DNA of 61,131 bases, the filler included, from Nitrospiraceae bacterium (lineage in GTDB: Bacteria; Nitrospirota; Nitrospiria; Nitrospirales; Nitrospiraceae): assembly GCA_037442105.1 (NCBI GenBank). It is 4 parts of 4 records of this genome, joined end to end, with 100 filler letters (N's around TTAATTAATTAA, not from the genome) between each part and the next. Parts side by side here need not be neighbours in the genome. Positions count along the whole stretch, not along the records: positions 19,942 to 38,825 come from JBBIQV010000045.1; positions 38,926 to 57,463 come from JBBIQV010000046.1; 2 more parts are not named here. One strand, written 5' to 3'. The stretch's first letter is position 1; each line of letters starts with the position of its first letter. A program made the position numbers and the translations under genes. Below, piece after piece: positions 28,691-40,425 of this stretch. Under the pieces are notes generated by a model. The model searched no databases, was not told where the DNA came from, and saw nothing but the letters and a program-made list of their open reading frames with translations.

Positions 28691-29644
28691 ATGAAGCGTG
28701 TACACAAGACAGCATTCGATTCTCCTGTCCTTCCGGGACGCGTGGCGGTGTTTGCATGGAGCTTCACACTGGGGGTGTGTCTGATCGCCGCACCGGGCTG
28801 CTCCAGCACGCCGAAAACCTCGCCAACGGGGGGCAAGGCCGTCAGCGGGACGGATGAACAGATTTTCATCGGAGACTCTATCGAGAAGAACTACGACCCG
28901 AACGTCATCATGAAGCGAGGTGAGGCCTTTTTTGAAAAGGAAGAGTACGCGGAAGCCCTCGTGGAGTATCAACACTTTCTCGATCTACATCGGGTTCATG
29001 TCTTAGCCCCTTATGCACAGTACCGGCTTGGCGAAACCCATTTCAAAATGGCGAAATCGATCGACCGCGATCCGGAACCGATCCGCAAGGCGATCGCGGC
29101 GTTTGAAAGACTTCGCAGAGAGTTCCCGGGAAGTCGCTACGACGCGCAGGCCGTCCAAAAGATTCAAGAGTGCCATGACTGGCTGGCCCAGACCCATTTG
29201 TTCGTCGGAGAATTCTATTACCGACGCGGATCATACCTCGCAGCCGCACACAGGTTCGAGCAGATCATCAAGCAATACCCCGATAAGTCCGTCGCGCCGG
29301 ACGCGCTCTATTTCCTGGCCATGAGCTATAAAGAAATGGGAGCGCAGGACTGGGCTGACGATCACTTGGTTCTGCTCGCCGAGAAGTACCCGGACAGCAA
29401 ATACGCATCGGACGGGAGGAAGATCTTGGCGAAGCGCGGAGGCGCCAAGCCGGCAACTACCCTGACAGCAAAATCAGAGGAGACCTCGCATCGCAAAGAA
29501 TCTCAACAGACTCAGCTTGCCGACAACCTTCCCTCGCCTATCCAATCCCTTCTCCCGGACCAGCCGCCGTTGAGTCTGAACGTGCCATCCGCCGGTTCCC
29601 TCAGCCAGTCGTTCATTTCGTGCCGTCTCGGCGCCTGGTGCTGA
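28691..29644 (+). CDS. bamD: Outer membrane assembly lipoprotein BamD
   Basis: Lipobox APGC, TPR repeats, FPGSRY, AAAHRF..YP. Confidence 0.88.
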   Translation: MKRVHKTAFDSPVLPGRVAVFAWSFTLGVCLIAAPGCSSTPKTSPTGGKAVSGTDEQIFIGDSIEKNYDPNVIMKRGEAFFEKEEYAEALVEYQHFLDLHRVHVLAPYAQYRLGETHFKMAKSIDRDPEPIRKAIAAFERLRREFPGSRYDAQAVQKIQECHDWLAQTHLFVGEFYYRRGSYLAAAHRFEQIIKQYPDKSVAPDALYFLAMSYKEMGAQDWADDHLVLLAEKYPDSKYASDGRKILAKRGGAKPATTLTAKSEETSHRKESQQTQLADNLPSPIQSLLPDQPPLSLNVPSAGSLSQSFISCRLGAWC

Positions 29645-29653
29645 ACATGGCGT

Positions 29654-30862
29654 TTAGCGGAGCGGAATCGCTTCGAGCAGCAGTTCGCGGAAGGAAGACT
29701 TCACCAATCCCTTGGCCTGCCGCAAGAAACCTTCATAGGTTTGCCGGCCACGCAGCACGTCGTAGTAGAGATTGATCACTTCCTCATAACGATGCATGAG
29801 TCGATGGCAGAGCCGGGGGAAAGAATACACGATCCGGGCAAGGCGGGACGCGACTCGAAACTCCGAGTAGATTTCCTTTCCCACGGCGAGTTCGTAGTCG
29901 GTCAAGGCGCAATGCTGGTCGCGAAACGTGTTGAGCACGGTGACGGCAGCCATCTGTCCTGAGCGTACGGCATAGTAGATGCCCTCGCCGAACAATGGAT
30001 CGACGAGGTGGCCGGCGTCGCCCACCAGCATCGCGCGTCCCTCCACGAGTTTCGAGGCGCTCGACCCGGTGAACAGGCCATAGCTCCCACGAAACAACGG
30101 TAAGGGGTGGCCGGCCGGCTGAGGCACATTCCAACTGGCAAGGCCTTTCTCATCGCGAATGAATCGCTGGAAGATCCGTTTCGGGCTGGAAGCTTTGCCG
30201 CGGAATTCAGCCACCCCGATCGACAGCCGTTCTCGTTTCGGAAATATCCAGGCATAGCCTCTCGCTGTCGCACCCAGATCGATGAGAACCCTGCCCTCGC
30301 CCGGATAATGCGGATCCCTCCCGATCGCCACTTCGCTCTCCAGTGTCGGCATGCGTTTCATCTGGCGGCCCGGGAACAGTCGCTGGGCCACCACACTGTT
30401 CGCGCCGTCGGCACCGATGAGTACGCGGGCCCGATACCGGCCCTTGTCCGTCGTCACTTCGATCCCATCAGAGAGTTGCTGGAACGCGACCGCCTGCTCT
30501 CCTTCATGAATCTCCGTTCCGGTTCGCCTGGCTTTTTCCACCAAAAGAGAGTCGAACCGATCTCGCATCACCATGTATGCGATAGGCATGGATGATTCGA
30601 TGAGGAAGGGAGCTTCACCGCGATAGGCGAATTGCACCCCGTAAATCGTATGTTCCACCACTGATTTGAAGTCGGCATCCAGGATTTGGTCGATGCGGAC
30701 GGACAATCCGCCGCCGCAGACCTTGTAGCGAGGATGAGATTGCTTATCGAGGGCGAGCACGGAGAGACCTGCACGGCTCAACTCGTATGCGGCGGTCGCT
30801 CCGGCGGGTCCCATACCGACCACGAGAACGTCGTGCAGTTGGGGGTCAGGTGAGGCGAGCAT
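29654..30862 (-). CDS. Geranylgeranyl reductase-family FAD oxidoreductase
   Basis: VVGMGPAG, KVCGGG, GADGANS, YAWIFPK, GDA..DPLFGEGI. Confidence 0.9.
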   Translation of the reverse strand: MLASPDPQLHDVLVVGMGPAGATAAYELSRAGLSVLALDKQSHPRYKVCGGGLSVRIDQILDADFKSVVEHTIYGVQFAYRGEAPFLIESSMPIAYMVMRDRFDSLLVEKARRTGTEIHEGEQAVAFQQLSDGIEVTTDKGRYRARVLIGADGANSVVAQRLFPGRQMKRMPTLESEVAIGRDPHYPGEGRVLIDLGATARGYAWIFPKRERLSIGVAEFRGKASSPKRIFQRFIRDEKGLASWNVPQPAGHPLPLFRGSYGLFTGSSASKLVEGRAMLVGDAGHLVDPLFGEGIYYAVRSGQMAAVTVLNTFRDQHCALTDYELAVGKEIYSEFRVASRLARIVYSFPRLCHRLMHRYEEVINLYYDVLRGRQTYEGFLRQAKGLVKSSFRELLLEAIPLR

Positions 30863-30894
30863 GGGAGCTATGGGAGCTGATGATAGCTGAATGC

Positions 30895-31638
30895 TTACTG
30901 GCCAACGTACCACCCAATCCCATACCGCTCAAGAAAACTCGTAATCATGGTCAAAGAGTTGGCATAGATCATCATGCCCACCACGATAAGCAGCACGCCG
31001 CTCACGGTTGACACGCCCCACAGGTAGGCACGAACTTCCTTGAAGTAACCCAGAAAACGATCCACGCCCAGCGCCGTCAGGAACAGCGGTAGCGCCAATC
31101 CGAACGAATAGCAGGTAAGCAGGATCACGCCGCTGAAGAGCGACTCGGTCGTGCTGGCATACAGCAGGATCGTGCCGAGGACCGGGCCCACACAGGGGGT
31201 CCACCCCGCAGCGAACGCCACACCGATGAGGAACGATCCAAGATAGCCGGCCGGTCGGCTCCGGAATTGGAAGCGATGTTCCATCTTGAGAAAACCGATG
31301 TTCAGGACCCCCAGCAGGTACAAGCCGAACACGATGATCACGATCCCGCCGATGCGGCGAATGTGCTCCTGGTAAACGATGAGCGCCTGGCCGACCAGGC
31401 TTGCTGAGGCGCCGAACGCCACGAACACCGCGGTGAACCCGGCAATGAAGAGCAGCGAGTTGAGCACGATGGCTTTCCTGAACCTCGTGCGTTCAGCCGC
31501 ATCCATCAACTGCTCAACCGACAGCCCGGTGATATAGGAAATATAGGAAGGAACAAGCGGTAACACGCAGGGCGATACGAAGGACAACAACCCGGCGGTG
31601 AACGCGGCCACCAGAGAAATCTGTTGGATAGATTGCAT
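30895..31638 (-). CDS. ccdA: Cytochrome c biogenesis protein CcdA
   Basis: SPCVLPLVP, WTPCVGP. Confidence 0.93.
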   Translation of the reverse strand: MQSIQQISLVAAFTAGLLSFVSPCVLPLVPSYISYITGLSVEQLMDAAERTRFRKAIVLNSLLFIAGFTAVFVAFGASASLVGQALIVYQEHIRRIGGIVIIVFGLYLLGVLNIGFLKMEHRFQFRSRPAGYLGSFLIGVAFAAGWTPCVGPVLGTILLYASTTESLFSGVILLTCYSFGLALPLFLTALGVDRFLGYFKEVRAYLWGVSTVSGVLLIVVGMMIYANSLTMITSFLERYGIGWYVGQ

Positions 31639-31639
31639 C

Positions 31640-32206
31640 TCAGGACGCTCGGATCATGGACTCAACGATCTGCCGCGCTTCCGGACTCTGCCAATCCCGT
31701 GCGCCAAAGATCCGGTTCCTGATGATGCCATGTCGATCCACCAGGAACGTCATCGGAAGCGTCCGCGCTCCGTAAGCTAACCCCGTGCGGAAATCGGAAT
31801 CGTGCAAGATGGGGAAGGTGAGCCCGATCTCTTGCTGGAACGGTCTGGTGACGGCGGCGCCTTGCAGATCCGTAGACACAGCGAGGATCTCGAAGTCCTT
31901 CCGGCTGAAGGTTCGATACAACTGCTCCATCGCCGGCATCTCGACCCGACAAGGGCCGCACCATGTCGCCCAAAAATTGATCAGCACGATCTTGCCGCGA
32001 AGTTGAGCGAGAGAAACGACATTGCCGTCGAGATCGCGGAGCTGGAAATTCGGCGCCTCCTCTCCCAGCTTCACGCCTACACGTTCGGCAACGCGGAGCA
32101 ACCCGGCTGGATGGGTGGGGAGAACCAGCAACAAGGTGGCATCGGCGGTTGCGCTGGTGAGGAAGAGCGCGCTCATGAAAATCGAGAACTCTCGCAGGTG
32201 CATCAT
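31640..32206 (-). CDS. TlpA/ResA thiol-disulfide oxidoreductase
   Basis: NFWATWCGPCRVEMP. Confidence 0.93.
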   Translation of the reverse strand: MMHLREFSIFMSALFLTSATADATLLLVLPTHPAGLLRVAERVGVKLGEEAPNFQLRDLDGNVVSLAQLRGKIVLINFWATWCGPCRVEMPAMEQLYRTFSRKDFEILAVSTDLQGAAVTRPFQQEIGLTFPILHDSDFRTGLAYGARTLPMTFLVDRHGIIRNRIFGARDWQSPEARQIVESMIRAS

Positions 32207-32236
32207 GATCGTGGGTTACAACGGCCGATCCGCAGA

Positions 32237-32839
32237 CTACACCGGAGGTTGCGCAGGCTTCAGCGCAACCTTGAGCAATTGCGTGACGACCTGCAAGTTG
32301 TCCAACCTGGTCCAATCCCTGGGCCCGATGACTTTCTCCCGGAGGACGCCCTCTTGATCGATAATGTAGGTCTCAGGGACGCCCATCAGCTTATACCGCT
32401 TGTCGGTCTGCCCCCAGGAATCAACCAAAACCGGAAAGGTCAGGTTCAGGCCTTTGACAAAAGGCGGGATGTCCTTCTTAGTCGTCACCCGGTCGATGCT
32501 GACGGCCAAGACGACCAGGCCGTCCTTCTCGAAATTCTTGTGCAAGATCTCCATAGACGGCATCTCTTCCCGGCAGGGCTTACACCAGGTTGCCCAGAAA
32601 TTCAGGAAGACGACCTTGCCGCGAAAATCCGACAGACGGACTTCCTTGTCATTGAGATCGGGCAGTCGGAAGTCGGGAGCTGCCTTGCCGACCATGAGTG
32701 GCTCGTATTTCGCGCTCTGCGACCAGACGACTAAAAAGACCAATCCCAGGATCGCAGCCGCAGCAAGAAGAATAACGAGGCGAGACAGGCCGGGCCGTTG
32801 CGAGGCAGGAACCGAGGTCGTGACGGTGTGTTCAGTCAT
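32237..32839 (-). CDS. TlpA/ResA thiol-disulfide oxidoreductase
   Basis: NFWATWCKPCREEMP, N-terminal TM. Confidence 0.93.
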   Translation of the reverse strand: MTEHTVTTSVPASQRPGLSRLVILLAAAAILGLVFLVVWSQSAKYEPLMVGKAAPDFRLPDLNDKEVRLSDFRGKVVFLNFWATWCKPCREEMPSMEILHKNFEKDGLVVLAVSIDRVTTKKDIPPFVKGLNLTFPVLVDSWGQTDKRYKLMGVPETYIIDQEGVLREKVIGPRDWTRLDNLQVVTQLLKVALKPAQPPV

Positions 32840-32868
32840 AGGGAAAGCCTGGCTAGCCCCTCACCACT

Positions 32869-33783
32869 TTATGCGTATGCATGCAAACCGGACAAGAGAA
32901 AATTTACACCCCAGAAACAGAATATGACCATAAGAAATCCGAAAATCGCATAGACGGCCGCGCGTCGTCCCTCCCACCCGCGGGTCATCCGCGCGTGGAT
33001 GTAAGCGCCGTAGATCAGCCATACGATCAGCGACCAGGTCTCCTTGGGATCCCAACTCCAGTACCCACCCCAAGCATAGTTCGCCCACATGGCGCCGAGG
33101 ATGATGCCGAACGCCAAGAGTGGAAACCCCACCATGATGGCCTTATAGCCAAGTTCGTCGATGGTTTCTAAATCCGGGAAGGCCTCGAAGAAGCGTGACC
33201 GGCTCCCGGCCCGTTCGGCGCGCTCCTTCAACAGATACATCATGCCTAATCCGCCCGCCATGGCAAAGGCCGCATAGCTGGTCAACGTGATGGAGACGTG
33301 AATATAGATCCAGTAACTGTTCAACGCCGGAACCAGTGGTTCGGCGGTTTGATAGCGATAGGGCAACAACGAGGCCGCGCCCATCGCGATAAACCCGATG
33401 CCCACCACGAAGGCCCCGATAGCCCTAATCTTGTAGCGAAGCTCCAGGAGCACATACCCTAAGATGATCGCCCATGACACATACGCCATGGCCTCAAACT
33501 GGTTCGACCAGGGAGCAAACGTCCCTGAATGCTGCATCCGCTCGTACGCGCGCGTACCGAGAGCGAGTGTATTCATCAACCATCCGAAGATTGTGACGAG
33601 GGTAGCGACTTGACCGAGCTGCGCGGCCCAGGCCCCGTCCCGCTCGTCAAAACTCTCGGTGAGATGTCCTGCCGCGGCGAACTGCATCGCCGGACGCCGC
33701 GCGAAGAGATACGCCACGTAGAGCACAAGGGCGGCTAGGTAGAGCCAGAACGTCATATCGAACAAGAAAAGCGAGCGTGCCAT
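32869..33783 (-). CDS. resC: System II cytochrome c biogenesis permease (CcsA/ResC)
   Basis: WWD domain WANYAWGGYWSWDPKETW; C-terminal GLHAY. Confidence 0.95.
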   Translation of the reverse strand: MARSLFLFDMTFWLYLAALVLYVAYLFARRPAMQFAAAGHLTESFDERDGAWAAQLGQVATLVTIFGWLMNTLALGTRAYERMQHSGTFAPWSNQFEAMAYVSWAIILGYVLLELRYKIRAIGAFVVGIGFIAMGAASLLPYRYQTAEPLVPALNSYWIYIHVSITLTSYAAFAMAGGLGMMYLLKERAERAGSRSRFFEAFPDLETIDELGYKAIMVGFPLLAFGIILGAMWANYAWGGYWSWDPKETWSLIVWLIYGAYIHARMTRGWEGRRAAVYAIFGFLMVIFCFWGVNFLLSGLHAYA

Positions 33784-33854
33784 AAAAAACCTCCTGAGCG
33801 ATCAGCGGTCAGCGGTCAGCTTTGTCCGAAAGCTGACCGCCGATGACTGAAGGC

Positions 33855-35288
33855 TTATGCTTTCATGTGTTCAATCCGTTGCGTCAGCTTCCGGAATTCC
33901 TTTTGGAAATCAATCTGGCTCTTGTGGGTAGTCCCGCCGACGTGCACGGTCACCCCGGCCGGACCAGGAACGATCTTGGCCCATAGCCGGCGATGGTAGA
34001 TGAATGAGGACAAGGTAATACCCACGACGATCATGGTCGAACCGATCCAGACGACGTTGATCCCGGGGTTCTTCGCGATCTGCAGACCTGTGAACTGCTT
34101 CGGCTTGTAGCCGACCAGCTCAAACTGGTACTTCGACCCTTGAATTTCAAACAGATCGGGGTACTGGTAAAAGATCCACGGCGTCGCCTGCACAGAATTC
34201 CGTTCGTTGATCGCCAGGCGAATGGCCGGATTCGCATGTTCGACGGTTTTCGAGAATACTTTCTTCTCCGTCGAATTGAACGCGAAATCCGCGACGAAAT
34301 CCGTCATGGACAGTTTCAGATCAAGGTCTTGCACAGTGGCTTCTTTTTGCCACTCCAGATCGATCGTTTTGAGCACCTTGTCCGTCGCTTTGTCTTTGAT
34401 GTTGAGGCGGGCAACCTCGATCCGATCCCAGGCGTCGCCATAGCTGGACTGATAAAACCAGATGCCCTTGTAGACCAGCGGGTCGTTCACCGTAATCGTT
34501 TTGGTGGTCACGGGCTCACCCTGTTCGATGACGGTCAAGGTGCTGTTGTACGACTTCACTGCGCCATTGTCGTGGTAGTCGATCCAGAATTTATCCACGC
34601 GAAGGTCGAAGTTGCCGCGAGGGATGTGATAGGTTTGCCCCTCCAGGCACACACCAAATTCCTGAAATCCATAGTAGCTGCCGATCAGCCCCCCGAGCAC
34701 AATGACGGTCGCGCTCAGATGCGCCATATGGGCGCCGATTCGTCCCATGATGCCTTTGGTCGCATAGAGCGTGACCTCGCCCGGCTCATTCTTCGCGAGC
34801 ACGCGATAGCCTTTCTCAGCGAACATCTGGACCATGTGTTCCGCCACGGCTTCTTTGGAGGCAGCCACCGAGACTTCAGTCCGCTGCTTCATCCCCTTCA
34901 CAAACGCGAGGGACACGCCGAGCTTATCCTGACGAGTGGAGCGCCAAACAGCCGGGAATCGTTTATAAAAGCAGGTGAGGGAATTGATGCAGAGCAGCCC
35001 CAGAAGGCTCGTGAACCACCAGGTGTGATAGACGTCGGTGAAGCCGAGACGGAGAAACCAACGATAGGCCTCCTCGCCATACTCACTGATGTAGGTTTCC
35101 GGTCGTTCGCCCTGCTGGATCACGGTCCCGATCGTTGCCGTCATGGCCAGCACGAGAAATAAGAACATCGCCAGCTTGATCGAAGCAAAGAATTCGACCA
35201 ACTCGCGCGAGAACTCCTCCCATCCCAACCCGGGAGCGGAAGGTTTGGTCGTGCCTTGTTCGGTCAGGACGTCAGGCTTCCCATTCAT
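33855..35288 (-). CDS. resB: Cytochrome c biogenesis protein ResB/Ccs1
   Basis: IGTVIQQ, VYHTWWF, HLS, VNDPL..YQSS. Confidence 0.93.
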   Translation of the reverse strand: MNGKPDVLTEQGTTKPSAPGLGWEEFSRELVEFFASIKLAMFLFLVLAMTATIGTVIQQGERPETYISEYGEEAYRWFLRLGFTDVYHTWWFTSLLGLLCINSLTCFYKRFPAVWRSTRQDKLGVSLAFVKGMKQRTEVSVAASKEAVAEHMVQMFAEKGYRVLAKNEPGEVTLYATKGIMGRIGAHMAHLSATVIVLGGLIGSYYGFQEFGVCLEGQTYHIPRGNFDLRVDKFWIDYHDNGAVKSYNSTLTVIEQGEPVTTKTITVNDPLVYKGIWFYQSSYGDAWDRIEVARLNIKDKATDKVLKTIDLEWQKEATVQDLDLKLSMTDFVADFAFNSTEKKVFSKTVEHANPAIRLAINERNSVQATPWIFYQYPDLFEIQGSKYQFELVGYKPKQFTGLQIAKNPGINVVWIGSTMIVVGITLSSFIYHRRLWAKIVPGPAGVTVHVGGTTHKSQIDFQKEFRKLTQRIEHMKA

Positions 35289-35628
35289 GGGATCTCAACG
35301 CTCGCGCTCGGAGGCAGCGTTCGCGCACATGACATACGTAGAACGCATAGAAACGGACACTTAGCCCCACAGCGTAGACCCGCCTCGTGACGATCACTGG
35401 CGAGGGAAGTGGGGGTGAAACAGGCAAGAAACCCGCAACACATCGGCAAGACAAGCTATCTTACAAGTCGCTTCAAAGCACTGTCAAGCAACCGACAGCG
35501 GGGGAGACCGGCATTCATCCATTAATTATGGATGGACAAGTCGGGGCATCTTCAATTATATTCGCTCAGCTTCGGAACGTGCTTGCATGAGTCTTAATGC
35601 AGTCAGACCGTAACCATTTGAGGGGGCA

Positions 35629-36777
35629 ATGAGAAATAACTACCTGTTCACATCGGAATCAGTCACCGAAGGCCATCCGGACAAAATTGCCGATCAGATA
35701 TCCGACGGCATCCTCGATGCCATTATCGCTCAAGACAAGCACTGTCGAGTCGCGTGTGAGACGATCCTGACGACCGGAATCGCCTTCGTCGCCGGCGAGA
35801 TTTCCACAAAAGCTTATGTTGAAATTCCCGACATCATTCGCGACGTGATCAAGGACGTCGGGTACACGGACGCCCGCTGGGGCTTCGACTACCATACCTG
35901 CTCGGTGCTCACATCGATCCATAACCAGTCGAACGACATCGCCATGGGCGTGGACTCCGGTGGCGCCGGCGACCAAGGGTTGATGTTCGGCTACGCCACG
36001 AATGAAACCGAAGAGTTGATGCCGATGCCGATTGTGCTCGCCCACCGTTTGACGCGCCGGCTGGCAGAAGTGCGCAAAAAGAAGATCCTTTCCTGGGTCC
36101 GCCCAGACGGAAAATCCCAAGTGACCATTGAGTACAAGAACGGCAAGCCGGCTCGGATCGATACCATCGTCGTCTCCTCCCAGCATGACCCAGACGTCAC
36201 CAATAAACAGATTGAACGCGACATCTTGGAGCAAGTGATCAAGCCCGTTATGCCGAAGGGACTGTATGACCAGACCAGCGTGAAACATTACATCAACCCC
36301 ACCGGTCGGTTCGTTGTGGGCGGCCCCATGGGCGATACGGGACTCACCGGCCGCAAGATCATCGTAGACACGTATGGAGGCCATGGCAGCCATGGCGGTG
36401 GCGCCTTCTCCGGCAAAGATCCCACAAAGGTAGACCGCTCGGCCTCCTACATGGCACGCTATATCGCCAAGAACATCGTCGCATCCGGCTTAGCGGACAA
36501 GTGCGAAGTCCAGCTCGCCTATGCGATCGGCGTCGCTGATCCGGTCTCGATCCTTGTCGATACCAAGAACACGGAGCACGTGTCGGTGGAAAACCTCGAC
36601 AAGCTCGTCCGCAAACATTTCCCGATGACTCCGCGTGGCATTATCGACCATCTCAAACTCCGTCGCCCGATCTTCAGGAAGACGGCGGCGTACGGACACT
36701 TCGGTCGGAACGAACCGGAGTTCACCTGGGAGAAGATCGACAAGGCCAAGGTGCTCCGCAAGGAAGCCGGCCTGTAG
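35629..36777 (+). CDS. metK: S-adenosylmethionine synthetase
   Basis: [26 protein letters not shown]. Confidence 0.98.
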   Translation: MRNNYLFTSESVTEGHPDKIADQISDGILDAIIAQDKHCRVACETILTTGIAFVAGEISTKAYVEIPDIIRDVIKDVGYTDARWGFDYHTCSVLTSIHNQSNDIAMGVDSGGAGDQGLMFGYATNETEELMPMPIVLAHRLTRRLAEVRKKKILSWVRPDGKSQVTIEYKNGKPARIDTIVVSSQHDPDVTNKQIERDILEQVIKPVMPKGLYDQTSVKHYINPTGRFVVGGPMGDTGLTGRKIIVDTYGGHGSHGGGAFSGKDPTKVDRSASYMARYIAKNIVASGLADKCEVQLAYAIGVADPVSILVDTKNTEHVSVENLDKLVRKHFPMTPRGIIDHLKLRRPIFRKTAAYGHFGRNEPEFTWEKIDKAKVLRKEAGL

Positions 36778-36804
36778 CGAGTGCGTTGGCGTGAACCTCT
36801 CGTG

Positions 36805-36838
36805 GGGGACGGACCTTGTGATCCGTCCCCTTTCTTTT
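36805..36838 (+). terminator. Rho-independent terminator-like hairpin between metK and ahcY
   Basis: GGGGACGGA-8 nt-TCCGTCCCC followed by TTTCTTTT. Confidence 0.65.
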
Positions 36839-36878
36839 GCCCCCACGAACGACCATCTGACTGGCTATCAGCTATTAG

Positions 36879-38166
<1,288 letters not shown>

Positions 38167-38168
<2 letters not shown>

Positions 38169-38271
38169 GGCGAGTGGGCAGCTAGGCAGGTCCTGTGCTC
38201 CCGGAACCCCCGCTTCAGAAAGCGGTCGTTCGACGGCCGCAATTGGACCAGCCTAGCTGCCCACTCGCCCT
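38167..38271 (+). repeat. Bulged-hairpin repeat family, copy 3
   Basis: GGTCCTGTGCTCCCGGAACCCCCGCTTCAGAAAGCGGTCGTTCGACGGCCGCAATTGGACC inside a 20-bp outer stem. Confidence 0.85.
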
Positions 38272-38300
38272 CTCCGCTAGGGGAGAATGGCAGCAACAGA

Positions 38301-38329
38301 AGGCCACCGTCGAGGTGGCCTTTTCTTTT
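38301..38329 (+). terminator. Rho-independent terminator downstream of ahcY
   Basis: AAGGCCACC-GTCGA-GGTGGCCTT then TTCTTTT. Confidence 0.7.
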
Positions 38330-38417
38330 GAGACAGTTTCAGCATTCCTTCCCCGCACAATTGACAGCAACGACTTGGGAATTTGACCTCAGAAACCAAC
38401 CAAGTTATCCTTCCGCG

Positions 38418-38819
38418 ATGCAAAGCCGAAAGCAACACCACCAACGGCCAAGCAAACGATATGGTGCAGCCGAACTGTTTGGGCGTTCGTTGGTAGGAAT
38501 CGCGCCAAAAGAATTGCGAAGTCTGTCGTCTACCGAAATCCGAAACATTAATTGCCCTTTCAAACCCGACCACGCCAAATGCCACAAAAAAGGAGGTGTG
38601 TGCTCACTGGCCTTATATGAGAGGGGAAATGATGGAAAGGTTACCGTTTCCAGTTCTCCTGTCACCACATGCCCGAGTCGTTTTCTAGAAGAAAGCGCGG
38701 TGTTCAGGTGGGTGAGCAAGACTTTGCTCGAAACCCCTGAGGCAAAAATCGTCAATGAAGTTTCGTTCCTTATCAGTAGTGTCCCAACGTTGATGCCCTG
38801 TATCTCGCTAACATGCTGA
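38418..38819 (+). pseudogene. NotI-family restriction endonuclease, N-terminal fragment
   Basis: ELFG..CPF..C.K.GGVCS..CP.RF four-Cys pattern; lower GC; ends early beside the contig end. Confidence 0.6.
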
Positions 38820-38925
38820 GCACACNNNNNNNNNNNNNNNNNNNNNNNNNNNNNNNNNNNNNNNNNNNNTTAATTAATTAANNNNNNNNNNNNNNNNNNN
38901 NNNNNNNNNNNNNNNNNNNNNNNNN

Positions 38926-39346
38926 GCTCGACTTCTGGATGACTTCGGAAGATCTGCCCGATCCCAACAACCGTGTGCTGGTCGGCAGGGACGGAGCGAT
39001 CACCCTGGCCTATACCGAAAATAATCTGGAGGCCCATCGCCGGTTGGCCGCGAAACTCAAAAGCATGCTCAATCACATCGGCTGCGAAGATCATCTGTTG
39101 CCGACGCATCTCTACCTGGGAAAGAAGATTCCGATTGCGGGGACAGCGCACCAGTGCGGCACGGTCCGGTTCGGGCTCGATCCGAAGACCAGCGTGCTCG
39201 ACGTGAACTGCAAGGCGCACGACCTGGACAATCTCTACGTCGTCGATGCCAGCTTCTTCGTGTCGAGTTCAGCGGTGAATCCGTCACTGACGATCATTGC
39301 AAATGCGCTGCGAGTCGGAGATCACCTACTCTCAAGGCTCTCGTGA
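38926..39346 (+). CDS. GMC oxidoreductase, C-terminal part (contig start)
   Basis: EDLP...AHQCGTVRFG.DP..SVLD..NLYVVDASFF..AVNPSLTI.ANALRVG. Confidence 0.9.
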
Positions 39347-39384
39347 AGCGTCATCCGTGAAGCGTGAAGCGCATGAAGGAAATC

Positions 39385-40425
39385 ATGATGCGTACACTCC
39401 TCAACGCACGGTGGTTTCGAGTTGCTGCCCTTTGCTTATCACTCATCACTCATCACCCATCACTGGCCGGCGCTGAGCCGCGCACTGTCGTTCAATCCGT
39501 CGCGTCTGTCGGGTTTACCGTCTCCGACATGGACCGATCCGTTTCCTTCTATCGCGACGTGCTGACGTTCAAACAAGTCAGCGACGTCGAAGTGGATGGG
39601 CCTGAGTACGACAAGCTCTATGGCATCTTCGGCGTGCGGGCCCGTGTGGTCCGCATGCAACTCGGCGAGCAACAGATCGAAATGACACAGTTCATCTCGC
39701 CCCCGGATCTGCGGCCGATTCCCGTGCCCTCCTACAGCCACGATCTGTGGTTCCAGCACTTCGCCATCGTGGTGCGGGACATGGAGGCGGCCTGGGCACA
39801 GCTGCGCCGGCATCACGTTCGCCAAATTTCACCGAGACCGCAGACGATTCCTGCTTCGAATGTACCTGCCGCCGGCATCAAGGCGATCAAGTTCCGCGAT
39901 CCCGACGGCCATAACCTCGAACTGCTTTGGTTTCCAGAAGGGAAGGGGAACCCTGTGTGGAAGCGGGGAGGGACGGACCTATTCCTCGGTATCGACCACA
40001 CGGCGATGACCGTGCGCAGCACGGAGAGCAGCGCGAAATTCTATCGGGATCTGTTGGGCATGACGGTGGCAGGGGGTACGCTCAACATGGGCCAGACTCA
40101 ACAGTATCTCGACAGTTTGCCCGGCGCCCGCACGCGCGTGACCGGCCTCGCTGCACAAACAGGTCCACCCGGCTTAGAGTTTCTCGAATACGAATTGCCG
40201 ACGGCGGGCCGGCCCTTTCCCGCCGATTCCCACCCGACCGATCTCTGGCATTGGCAAACCACGCTGGTGGTCTCGGATGTGGAGGCAGCCGCGGCGACGC
40301 TGAAAGAGACCGCGCAGCTTGTGTCCTCCGGTGCGGTGTCGGTCCCCGACGGAAGCTTGGGATTCAAGAAGGCGGTTCTCGTTCGTGACCCCGATGGTCA
40401 TGCGATCCAACTTGTGTCACCATGA
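39385..40425 (+). CDS. Secreted VOC/glyoxalase-family protein (two domains)
   Basis: TVSDMDRSVSFY, QHFAIVV, RDPDGH twice, signal peptide. Confidence 0.85.
   Translation: MMRTLLNARWFRVAALCLSLITHHPSLAGAEPRTVVQSVASVGFTVSDMDRSVSFYRDVLTFKQVSDVEVDGPEYDKLYGIFGVRARVVRMQLGEQQIEMTQFISPPDLRPIPVPSYSHDLWFQHFAIVVRDMEAAWAQLRRHHVRQISPRPQTIPASNVPAAGIKAIKFRDPDGHNLELLWFPEGKGNPVWKRGGTDLFLGIDHTAMTVRSTESSAKFYRDLLGMTVAGGTLNMGQTQQYLDSLPGARTRVTGLAAQTGPPGLEFLEYELPTAGRPFPADSHPTDLWHWQTTLVVSDVEAAAATLKETAQLVSSGAVSVPDGSLGFKKAVLVRDPDGHAIQLVSP

Noticed and set aside
35520..35628. SAM riboswitch upstream of metK
   Set aside because: No SAM-I, SAM-II or SAM-V consensus recognisable
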